64,000 nt of DNA from Patescibacteria group bacterium (GTDB taxonomy: Bacteria; Patescibacteriota; Minisyncoccia; UBA6257; UBA9933), in assembly GCA_038065955.1 (NCBI GenBank), contig JBBTPY010000006.1, positions 7,626-71,625 of the forward strand. Direction: 5' to 3'. A program made the position numbers and the translations under genes. The notes under the pieces are model-generated. The model did not search any database, had not been told where the DNA came from, and worked only from the letters and a program-made list of their open reading frames with translations. Numbering within the stretch: the first letter of the stretch is position 1; every line of letters begins with the position of its first letter. Of the stretch, positions 56,056 through 64,000 are shown in pieces.

Positions 56056-57580
56056 ATTTTCCCGAAAGCGCAAGCCGCGTTTGCGCTTCAAGAGCCGGCA
56101 GGGCGCCGAAGATAATCATCGTCAACATAAGCAGAGGCCATTGGAAAATCATTAAAAGATATTTGTGTTTGCCGTAATTTTTAGGAAGCGGCGGCAAAAT
56201 TACCATCGTTAAATAAGCGGAAGTAACGATGCCGACCATTGAAAAAGTCATCAGCCATCTTGTGATTTGAGGGAGATTATACGCCAAAAGAGTTTGCTTG
56301 AATGCTTCTCCTCCCAGAACCAGCGGCATCCAGCCGAGAAAAAAAATAATTAAAGCGTTTGTTGACCAGGACCAGACGCCTTCAATATAGACGAAGCTGT
56401 AGCGGATTTTTTTATAAAGCGGAATCTTTTTGTTTTTTAAAAAGCCGAATAGAAAATAAGGGATATTTTCAGCGCCCCAAGCCCAGCGTCTTTGCTGTTT
56501 ATATAAATTTTTCATCGTTTGCCAAAAAGTTGGCGCCGCGTTGGCGTCCATTTTTATGGGATAATAAATGGGGATAACGCCGTAATTTCCGTTGTGCCGA
56601 AGCAGACATTGCCAGAAAATTCGCGAGTCTTCGCTGACCATATTTTTCTGCCATAAATCAACGTTGACCAGCGCCTGAAACGGCATTGAATGGGAAGAAA
56701 AAGTGGTAAGCCGTTCGGCTCTTTCTTGTTGAATTGTATGCCAAAAAGTGGCGGAAAACGCGACTACGCGAGCGAGCGCCGGCGCCTGCCAAATGTTATT
56801 AACGTAAAATGGCACCGGCTGATAACTGAAATTCTGGGGATTGGGCGTGTTTAAATAAATATAAGTCAATCGGCTGAAATAATCGGGGAAAATAACGGTG
56901 TCAATGTCAAAAGCCGAGACGATGATTTTATCATAAGGAATTTTCAATGCGTCAATGATTTTTTCTCTGGTTTCTTTTCCGGCGAACGCGATATTTGATC
57001 CTTTGCCGGGAATTTCATCGAGTAAGTCTTTTGGATGGATGGTGATTAAGAATTTGAAAAATTGAGAACCGAATTCTTTTTTAATTTTTTGAGTAATTTC
57101 TAAAATTGATTCGCCGGCGCGCTCTTCGGCCGCCAAAACGACAATTATTTTATCTTTCGGATAATTAACCGGAATTAAACTTTTTACCGATGCGCGGATA
57201 GTTTCTTCGGATTCGTTGTAAAAAGGCAAAATAATTAAATGATAAATATCTCGCCAATTTTTGTTTATAGTTTGCAGTTTGTAATTAGCAGTTAATTTTT
57301 CCAGCCAATTTATTTTTAAATTTTCTTTAATTTTTTTAAATGCCGAGCGCAGGTGCAGAGAAAGATAAATTGTTTTTAATAGCCAATAAACATCAAAGGC
57401 GATAATAAAAAAAGCCGTAAAAACCGGAGCGAAATAAGATAAAGCGAAAATCCCTAAAAGTGTTGACCAAGCCAATGTTCCTGGCAAAATTTCCAAAAAT
57501 CTGTATATTATCCGTTCTTTGGGGATAATTAAGTCTTGCGACGAGCCGATTTTGGTGTAATAATATTCTTTAGGAAGCAT
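56015..57580 (-). CDS. Membrane-embedded processive family-2 glycosyltransferase (cellulose/chitin-synthase-like)
   Basis: 'QQRRWAWG' QxxRW motif; upstream D/DxD regions ('VVLAAEERAGE', 'SAFDIDT'); multiple TM helices at both ends. Confidence 0.6.
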   Translation of the reverse strand: MLPKEYYYTKIGSSQDLIIPKERIIYRFLEILPGTLAWSTLLGIFALSYFAPVFTAFFIIAFDVYWLLKTIYLSLHLRSAFKKIKENLKINWLEKLTANYKLQTINKNWRDIYHLIILPFYNESEETIRASVKSLIPVNYPKDKIIVVLAAEERAGESILEITQKIKKEFGSQFFKFLITIHPKDLLDEIPGKGSNIAFAGKETREKIIDALKIPYDKIIVSAFDIDTVIFPDYFSRLTYIYLNTPNPQNFSYQPVPFYVNNIWQAPALARVVAFSATFWHTIQQERAERLTTFSSHSMPFQALVNVDLWQKNMVSEDSRIFWQCLLRHNGNYGVIPIYYPIKMDANAAPTFWQTMKNLYKQQRRWAWGAENIPYFLFGFLKNKKIPLYKKIRYSFVYIEGVWSWSTNALIIFFLGWMPLVLGGEAFKQTLLAYNLPQITRWLMTFSMVGIVTSAYLTMVILPPLPKNYGKHKYLLMIFQWPLLMLTMIIFGALPALEAQTRLALSGKFRLGFWVTPKHKI

Positions 57581-57621
57581 TTTTACAGTTTATCATATTA
57601 TTATAATTTTTAATTTTTAGC

Positions 57622-59907
57622 ATGAATCAAGTTTTAGAAGCTTCGAATAACGAAAGTAGCGGTTCAAAATGGCGCTGGCTGTTTATTATTTTTGCCGTCT
57701 CGCTGTTTTTGATTTTTATCAGCGGCATTTTTTGGATTTTTACTAAAAGCACGGCTTCGCCGATTGGACTCGGCTGGTTTTTATTCAGTTTTGCCGCCGG
57801 ATTATCAATGATTGTGCTTCCATGCACTTTGCCCTTGGCTTTTGTAATTGTGCCTTTATCAATGGGTAAGGGTTATGTAAAAGGATTAGCGGTGGCGTTG
57901 GCGTTCGGCTTGGGCGTTGCCATCACTCTTTCCACTTACGGCATTTTTGCCGCTTTGCTCGGCAAAGTTTTTATTGCTTATGCCGGCGGCGGAGGCGAGA
58001 TTATTAAAAATATTTTTTATGCCATTGCCGGAGTTTTTGCGATGCTGTTCGCTTTGTCCGAATTAAAATTGATTAATTTTCGCATCCCCAGTTATATGGG
58101 CGCGGCCCCGGGTTTTATTCAAAGGCGCAGCGATATTGCCAAGGCCTTAATGCTCGGACTTTTTTTGGGAAATATCGGTATTGGCTGTCCGCACCCGGCA
58201 ACGCCGATAATTTTAGGGCAGATTGGAATTATCGGAGATGTTTTTTACGGCTGGCTTTTATTTTTAACGCACGCGATCGGAAGAATCATCCCGCTGTTGT
58301 TATTGGCAATTTTGGGAATTTTGGGAATTAACGCCACTAAAGCGCTGATGGCGCGCAAAGAATCAATCGCCAGAGCCACTGCTTGGGGAATGGTTTTTGT
58401 CGGAGCTTTTTTGTTTACGCTCGGATTTTTCGGCCATGATTGGTGGGTATTTTCCGGAATGCACACGTTGCTGGAAGAAATCACGCAAGAGGAGCGCTTG
58501 CTCGGTATTTTGAAAGGCAGATTGGAAAGCGCGGTTACTCATGTTCACGGCATTCCAACTGGTACCGGATTTTTCGGCTTGCCTTTATGGCTGGGTAATT
58601 GGGTTTTTGTGCTGTTGATGGCAATACCATTGTGGGGTTCTTGGTTTCTTCAGCGCAGAAAATTAAGCGTTTTAACAGAGCCGGAACAAAGCATTTTAAA
58701 AAAAGAATTAAGATTGAAAAAATTTAAATTCGCGGTTTTAACGATTATTTTCGCCTTAACTTTTATTTATATTTTGCCGCAAAGATTTTTATCTCAGCAA
58801 TTGGCGCATCAGGCGGAAGAAGTTGGATATGACTATACGGCAGGCGCGCATCTTCCGGCGAAAACAGTTGATATTTCTGAAATTGGCAAGAGAGCTGATG
58901 ACTTGCCGGCGCCGATTGTCCGCCGGGAAAATGAAAAAGTGATAGTGGAATTGGAAACGCGGGAAATTGTCGCTGAAATCGCGCCCGGAATCACTTATGA
59001 ATATTGGACTTATAATGGCACTGTACCCGGACCCTTTATCAGAGTTAAAGAAGGGGACACGGTGGAGGTCCGGCTTACTCACGCATTGCACAGTCATGCG
59101 GCAAATGCCGAACATTCTTTTAATATCAGCGCTTTTCCGGTTAAAAGCGTAAACGCTGGCGTTGGACATAACGATGAGCATGATTCAATGGCGAATTCAG
59201 ATCACGAAAAAGCCGGTCATGCCAAGCATTCCATTGACCTTCACGCCGTGGAAGGCCCGGGAGGCGGAGCGGTTTTAACGCAGGTTGAAAGCGGGCAAAC
59301 AGCTACTTTTCAATTTAAAGCCACGCGGCCGGGAATCTATGTGTATCATTGCGCCAGCCCTCATATTCCCACTCATGTTGCCAATGGAATGTACGGGTTA
59401 ATTTTGGTTGAGCCGAAAAACGGCTTGGCAAAAGTTGCTCAAGAATTTTATGTGATGCAGGGAGAGTTTTACACGAAAGGCGAGGTTGGCGAAAAAGGCC
59501 ATCAGGAATTCAGTTTGGAAAAATTGAAAAAAGAAGCGCCGGAATATTTTGCGTTTAACGGCCGCGTCGGTTCTTTAACAGGTAGCCGCGCCTTAAAAGC
59601 CAAAGTCGGCGAAACAATCCGCCTTTATTTCGGAGTCGGGTCGCATATCGCTTCAAATTTTCATATTATCGGAGGAATTTTAGATAAACTTTATCCGGAG
59701 GGAGACATTATATCTTTGCCGCATCGCAATGTTCAGACAACAATTGTGCCGCCGGGAGGCGCGGCAATGGCGGAATTCAAATTGGAAGTTCCCGGCAAAT
59801 ATTTATTGGTTGATCACAGCTTGTCGCGCGCCATTGACAAAGGAGCGATTGGAGAGATTATCGTAAGCGGAGAAGAAAATCCGGAAATTTTTAAAAAAGT
59901 AAAATAA
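57622..59907 (+). CDS. Fusion of a CcdA/DsbD-like polytopic thiol-disulfide membrane domain to a NirK-type (copper nitrite reductase-like) cupredoxin domain
   Basis: N-terminal 'LPCTLPLAF' and 'GIGCPHPATP' Cys motifs in TM helices. C-terminal type-1 Cu site 'YVYHCASPHIPTHVANGMYGLILVEP'. His-rich loop 'HNDEHDSMANSDHEKAGHAKH'. Confidence 0.55.
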   Translation: MNQVLEASNNESSGSKWRWLFIIFAVSLFLIFISGIFWIFTKSTASPIGLGWFLFSFAAGLSMIVLPCTLPLAFVIVPLSMGKGYVKGLAVALAFGLGVAITLSTYGIFAALLGKVFIAYAGGGGEIIKNIFYAIAGVFAMLFALSELKLINFRIPSYMGAAPGFIQRRSDIAKALMLGLFLGNIGIGCPHPATPIILGQIGIIGDVFYGWLLFLTHAIGRIIPLLLLAILGILGINATKALMARKESIARATAWGMVFVGAFLFTLGFFGHDWWVFSGMHTLLEEITQEERLLGILKGRLESAVTHVHGIPTGTGFFGLPLWLGNWVFVLLMAIPLWGSWFLQRRKLSVLTEPEQSILKKELRLKKFKFAVLTIIFALTFIYILPQRFLSQQLAHQAEEVGYDYTAGAHLPAKTVDISEIGKRADDLPAPIVRRENEKVIVELETREIVAEIAPGITYEYWTYNGTVPGPFIRVKEGDTVEVRLTHALHSHAANAEHSFNISAFPVKSVNAGVGHNDEHDSMANSDHEKAGHAKHSIDLHAVEGPGGGAVLTQVESGQTATFQFKATRPGIYVYHCASPHIPTHVANGMYGLILVEPKNGLAKVAQEFYVMQGEFYTKGEVGEKGHQEFSLEKLKKEAPEYFAFNGRVGSLTGSRALKAKVGETIRLYFGVGSHIASNFHIIGGILDKLYPEGDIISLPHRNVQTTIVPPGGAAMAEFKLEVPGKYLLVDHSLSRAIDKGAIGEIIVSGEENPEIFKKVK

Positions 59908-59908
59908 A

Positions 59909-60175
59909 ATGAAAAAGATTATTTTGGAAATTTTGTCGTCGCCGGGGTGCGTTCATTGCGCTGAATTTAAAAAATATTGGGAAAGCGTTAAGGCTCAATT
60001 TCCCGACGTGGAAATGGCTGAAATTGATTTAACCAGCGATAAAGGTCAGGAAATGGTTCAGAAATATATGATTATGGCTTCTCCGGGTGTTATAATAAAT
60101 GGAGAGCTTTTTTCAACCGGCGGAGTCAATAAAGAAAAATTTGAAATGAAATTAAAGGAATTATCCGTGTCTTAA
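59909..60175 (+). CDS. Small thioredoxin-fold protein (SPGCxxC type)
   Basis: 'SSPGCVHCAEFKKYW' CxxC active site; 88 aa. Confidence 0.65.
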   Translation: MKKIILEILSSPGCVHCAEFKKYWESVKAQFPDVEMAEIDLTSDKGQEMVQKYMIMASPGVIINGELFSTGGVNKEKFEMKLKELSVS

Positions 60176-60201
60176 AAGGTCGCGATAAGTATCAAAATTA
60201 T

Positions 60202-60681
60202 ATGAAAATATTTTCAATATCGTTTTTAGCAGTTTTATTTTTATTAAGCGGTTTTGCGTCCGTGGTTTTTGCTCATGGCGGCGAAGTGGACGGCCATAGC
60301 CCTACAACGATGAAAATGGACGAGATGATGTCCGCGATGATGGGAGAGAATAAAGCGGTTAATTGCGCGGGAATGGATTCAGCTGAATTGATTGAAAAAG
60401 GCGAGGATTTAATGTCAAAAATGATGGGCAATGATGAAGAAAAACACGAACTTATGGAAGAAGAAATGGAAAAAATCGGCGGTATGGAATTTCACGATAT
60501 GATGCATACAATGATAGGGCGAATGGCCAGCGGATGCCTTACCGATGAACAACAAAAAGCAGTAATATCTAAATTAACTGCAGTCGCGCCCCAAAAAACC
60601 AACCAAGCATTGCCGCTTGTAACAGGCATTGTTATGGGATTGATTGTCGGATTGGTCGGGATGTCGTTTTTTAGAAAATAA
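60202..60681 (+). CDS. Secreted Met/His-rich protein with C-terminal membrane anchor (Cu(I)-binding, CopM/PcoE-like)
   Basis: Signal peptide; repeated 'MMSAMMG', 'MSKMMGN', 'MEFHDMMHTM' Met-rich motifs; C-terminal TM 'LVTGIVMGLIVGLVGM'. Confidence 0.5.
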   Translation: MKIFSISFLAVLFLLSGFASVVFAHGGEVDGHSPTTMKMDEMMSAMMGENKAVNCAGMDSAELIEKGEDLMSKMMGNDEEKHELMEEEMEKIGGMEFHDMMHTMIGRMASGCLTDEQQKAVISKLTAVAPQKTNQALPLVTGIVMGLIVGLVGMSFFRK

Positions 60682-60682
60682 A

Positions 60683-61081
60683 ATGAATAAATTCGTCATT
60701 ATCGCTATTTTCGCCGCTATCTTAATCGGAGCCGGCATAACATACAGCGTTTATTTTCGCGCTCCGGAAATCGCTCCCATTAAACCAACCGGCAATATTG
60801 TAGAAATCAATATAACGGCGAATAAAAATAAATGGAATCCAACACTGATTACCGTCAAAGCCGGCGATACCATTAAAATAAATTTGATTAACGAAGACCT
60901 CTATGACCACGGATTTGCCATAGAGGCCTTTGGCATTAATAAGCGAATGTTCGCCAAGCAAAACACTTCGGTGGAATTTGTCGCTTCAAAAAAAGGCAAT
61001 TTTGTTTTTTATTGCTCTGTGCCGTGCGGCGAAGGACATTTTGAACAAACCGGCCACCTTATAGTAGTAAGTAGTGAGTAG
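60683..61081 (+). CDS. Membrane-anchored cupredoxin-like copper-binding protein
   Basis: 'YDHGFAIE...FYCSVPCGEGHFEQTGHL' H...C..C..H...M-like ligand spacing (CuA/cupredoxin type). Start taken at Met 60683 ('MNKFVIIAIF'). Confidence 0.5.
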   Translation: MNKFVIIAIFAAILIGAGITYSVYFRAPEIAPIKPTGNIVEINITANKNKWNPTLITVKAGDTIKINLINEDLYDHGFAIEAFGINKRMFAKQNTSVEFVASKKGNFVFYCSVPCGEGHFEQTGHLIVVSSE

Positions 61082-61101
61082 AAAGTAGTAAGTAGTAAAA
61101 C

Positions 61102-63516
61102 ATGCAAGAACGTAAAATTTTCAAAATTAGAGGAATGCATTGCGCCGCGTGCGCCAATTTAATCAACAAATTTTTGTTGAAGCAAAAAGGCGTGCTGGAA
61201 GCGAATGCCAATTTCGGCTCTGAATCTTTGAACGCGTTTTATGACAGTTCGGTTATCACGCCGGAGCAGATGAACGCCGTTTTGAAGAAGCTCGGTTATA
61301 GCCTTATCATAGCGGAGAAAGAAAGCGAAAGCGAAGAATTGGCGGAAATGGAAAGGCAAAAAGAAATTCAAAATCTCAAAAAAAGGACAATCATCAGTTT
61401 TATTTTTGCTTCGCCGATAATTCTTTACTATATGACAGTGCATATGTTTAATTTAAAACATATTCACGCTTTTTGCGTTTCTGGCGGCGGATTGATGACA
61501 GGATTGGTAAGCGGATGCCAAGGCGGATGGCTTTTGGATTTTAATTGGATATTTTTCGCGATGACTACGCCGATACAATTGGGAGTCGGCTGGGTGTTTT
61601 ACAGAAACGCCTGGACCGCCATGCGCGTCGGTTCGGCTTCAATGGATGTTTTGGTGGTTTTGGGAACAAGCGCGGCTTATTTGATTTCGGTTATCGGTTT
61701 TCTTTTTTCCGATTTGGCTTTTTTGCGCGAATGGAGCGGCTGGAGCGGTTTGGACCATCCTTTTTGGGAATCCTCGGCGGCCTTGGTTTCTTTTATTATT
61801 CTCGGTCGTTATTTTGAAGCGCGTTCCAGGGGTCGAGTAACATCGGCAATCCGCAAGCTAATGAATTTGGCGCCAAAAACCGCGATTGTTATTCGCGATG
61901 GCAAGGAGCTGGAAATTCCATCCAGCGAGCTGAAAATTGACGATATCTTTTTGGTAAAGCCCGGAGCCAATGTGCCGACGGACGGCATTATTGTTGAAGG
62001 CAAATCGTCAATTGACGAAAAAGTCGTTACCGGCGAATCAATGCCCGTTGGCAAAGACGCGGGCGATGAAGTAATAGGCGCGACCAATAACACTTACGGC
62101 CTTTTGAAATGCCGCGCCAAGAAAGTGGGCAAAGACACTTTGCTTTTTCAGATTATTAAAATGGTTCGCGAAGCTCAATCGTCAAAGGCCTCTATTCAGG
62201 ACGTGGCCGACAGAGTGTCGGAAAAATTCGTGCCCATTGTTATCGTGTTTGCTTTGCTGGTTTTTTCAATGTGGTATTTCATTCTCGGCTATCCGGCAAT
62301 TCCTTCAATGATTTTTATGGTGGCGGTTCTGGTTATTTCTTGCCCTTGCGCTTTGGGATTGGCAACGCCTACGGCTTTGATGGTTGGCACTGCTCGCGGC
62401 GCGCAATCCGGCATTTTAATAAAAGGCGGTAAAGCGCTCGAAGGCGCTTATAAGATTAATGCTGTGGCGTTTGACAAGACCGGCACGCTTACCAAGGGCG
62501 AGCCGGCGGTAACCGATGTGGTTGCTTTGGCCGCTCTGCCCAAAGAAGAAGTTTTGAAAATTGCCGCTATTGCCGAGCGCGGTTCCGAACATCCGCTTGC
62601 TCAAGCGATTATTAAAGCTTCAGCCGATGTTCCCGAGCCGAAAGAATTTTCCGCGCTTTCAGGCCGCGGCATTAAAGCGCAATATGAAGGCAAAACAATT
62701 TTAGTGGGCAATGAGCTTTTGATGGCGGAAAATAATTTGGATATTACTCCTTACGAAAAAGATTATGAAGATTTGCAGAATCAGGCGAAAACCGTCGTTT
62801 TCACCGCTTATAACGGAAAAATTATCGGCATTATCGCCTTGGCCGACACTTTGAAAGATTATGTCAAAGAAGCGATTACGGAACTTAAAAAAATGAAGAA
62901 AGAAATTATTATGATTACCGGCGACAATGAAAAAACCGCCAAAGCCATTGCTTCAAGTATTGGCATTGACAGTTATTTTGCCAAAGTTTTGCCGGAGAAA
63001 AAAGAGGAGTTAATAGCCAATCTGCAAAAGCAAGGTAAGGTGGTGGCAATGGTTGGCGATGGCATTAATGACGCGCCGGCTTTGGCAAAAGCCGATTTGG
63101 GAATCGCGGTCGGTTCCGGCACCGATGTGGCGATTGAAACCGGCGACATTATTTTAATTAAAGACGATATTCGCGACGTGGTTACTGCCATTGATTTGTC
63201 CAAAAAAACCATCCATAAAATTTGGCAGAATTTCTTCTGGGCTTTCATTTATAATATAATCGCCATTCCCGTTGCCGCCGGCGTTCATTTGTTTATAACG
63301 CAAACCGCCGGCGTTCCGGCGCCTTGGGTGGTAGAAGCGGCGGCTTTTCTTGGAGAAGCTAGCGGTAAGATATTCCTGAATCTTTCGCAGTCGTCGCTTA
63401 GGCCGGAAATCGCCGGTTTTGCCATGGCGTTTTCTTCGGTGTCGGTGGTAATGAATTCTCTTTTACTCAACCGCTACAAAGAGCCAAAGTTTGCCAGAGA
63501 GAATAAAAAACAATAA
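61102..63516 (+). CDS. copA: Copper-translocating P1B-type ATPase
   Basis: N-terminal HMA 'GMHCAACANLI'; 'CPC' in 'ISCPCALGLATP'; 'DKTGTLT'; 'GDGINDAPAL'. Confidence 0.9.
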   Translation: MQERKIFKIRGMHCAACANLINKFLLKQKGVLEANANFGSESLNAFYDSSVITPEQMNAVLKKLGYSLIIAEKESESEELAEMERQKEIQNLKKRTIISFIFASPIILYYMTVHMFNLKHIHAFCVSGGGLMTGLVSGCQGGWLLDFNWIFFAMTTPIQLGVGWVFYRNAWTAMRVGSASMDVLVVLGTSAAYLISVIGFLFSDLAFLREWSGWSGLDHPFWESSAALVSFIILGRYFEARSRGRVTSAIRKLMNLAPKTAIVIRDGKELEIPSSELKIDDIFLVKPGANVPTDGIIVEGKSSIDEKVVTGESMPVGKDAGDEVIGATNNTYGLLKCRAKKVGKDTLLFQIIKMVREAQSSKASIQDVADRVSEKFVPIVIVFALLVFSMWYFILGYPAIPSMIFMVAVLVISCPCALGLATPTALMVGTARGAQSGILIKGGKALEGAYKINAVAFDKTGTLTKGEPAVTDVVALAALPKEEVLKIAAIAERGSEHPLAQAIIKASADVPEPKEFSALSGRGIKAQYEGKTILVGNELLMAENNLDITPYEKDYEDLQNQAKTVVFTAYNGKIIGIIALADTLKDYVKEAITELKKMKKEIIMITGDNEKTAKAIASSIGIDSYFAKVLPEKKEELIANLQKQGKVVAMVGDGINDAPALAKADLGIAVGSGTDVAIETGDIILIKDDIRDVVTAIDLSKKTIHKIWQNFFWAFIYNIIAIPVAAGVHLFITQTAGVPAPWVVEAAAFLGEASGKIFLNLSQSSLRPEIAGFAMAFSSVSVVMNSLLLNRYKEPKFARENKKQ

Positions 63517-63525
63517 AATATACAT

Positions 63526-63741
63526 ATGACAAAAAAATTTTATAACATAGAAGGCATGCATTGCGGAGCTTGTAGCACCGGCATTGAAATGTTTTTGTCC
63601 AATACCGAAGGCGTGAAATCCGCGAAGGTTTCGTTTGAAGAAAAAAAAGCCGAAGTGGAGTATGACGAAAATAAAGTAAACGACGAAAAAGTGGTTAAAG
63701 CAGTTGAAGAAGCGGGGTTTAAAGCGCAGGCAATTTCTTGA
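63526..63741 (+). CDS. copZ: Copper chaperone CopZ (HMA domain)
   Basis: 'GMHCGACSTGIEMFL' MxCxxC motif; 71 aa. Confidence 0.8.
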   Translation: MTKKFYNIEGMHCGACSTGIEMFLSNTEGVKSAKVSFEEKKAEVEYDENKVNDEKVVKAVEEAGFKAQAIS

Positions 63742-63745
63742 AATT

Positions 63746-64000
63746 TATGGACTGGTATACTTTTCTCATTATTATTCACCTTATTGGAACAGTTTTAGGA
63801 GTGGGCGGCGCGACTTTCGCCGAGATTTTTTATTTTAAAGCGAAAAAAGACGGCGTCATTGAGCCCTTGGAAGTTGACTATCTGCGAACCGCTTATTTTG
63901 TTTTAAGAATTGGTCTTTTTATTTTAATAATATCGGGCTTTGGTTTTCTTTTATTCTATCGTTTAATCGGCGCGGGTGAAGTTCTTTTAAATCAAAAACT
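63746..64000 (+). CDS. Membrane protein, 5' part only (runs off window)
   Basis: ATG at 63746 followed by two hydrophobic helices. Linkage to the copper operon is by position only. Confidence 0.3.

Overview
Low-GC, gene-dense bacterial fragment with short or overlapping intergenic spacing, most consistent with a small Patescibacteria/CPR-like genome using the standard code (TGA terminates ORFs). Three blocks are visible. Core block, 1 to ~15.5 kb: ftsA C-terminus, ftsZ, class II ribonucleotide reductase, a type IV pilus cluster (pilB, pilC, prepilins, PilX-like, PilM/N-like), leuS, a trypsin-like protease and a tRNA trio (Ser-CGA, Arg-CCT, Ala-GGC). Accessory mosaic, ~15.7 to ~39.3 kb: patchy, often elevated GC. 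It carries a beta-class methyltransferase plus Type III Res helicase-nuclease in a tightly coupled six-gene operon with four unknown proteins (one of 1013 aa). It also carries two Panacea-domain toxin-antitoxin pairs (one with a RelE/ParE toxin), a P-loop kinase, a NUDIX-GT2 fusion, a nucleotidyltransferase with an HNH remnant, and a large serine recombinase. A recurring GC-rich hairpin-containing repeat occurs in alternating orientation. It bounds, as ~200-bp inverted repeats, an XRE, deoxyribosyltransferase-like and HD-hydrolase cassette. Second core block, ~39.3 to 64 kb: uppS, prmC, tsaD, ftsW, mltG, rpoB, rpoC, rpsF-ssb-rpsR, a PAP2 phosphatase, tRNA-Leu/Cys, infB, tRNA-Ser, a CaCA exchanger, a processive GT2, and a copper cluster (CcdA-like/NirK-like fusion, thioredoxin, Met-rich protein, cupredoxin, copA, copZ). 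The most unusual direct observation is a homologous, in-frame, palindromic short insertion element present in both leuS and infB. It adds 'AEQTxNNAE'-type peptides to two unrelated essential proteins, much like the Rickettsia RPE elements. All functional calls rest on motifs read by eye; no database searches were possible.
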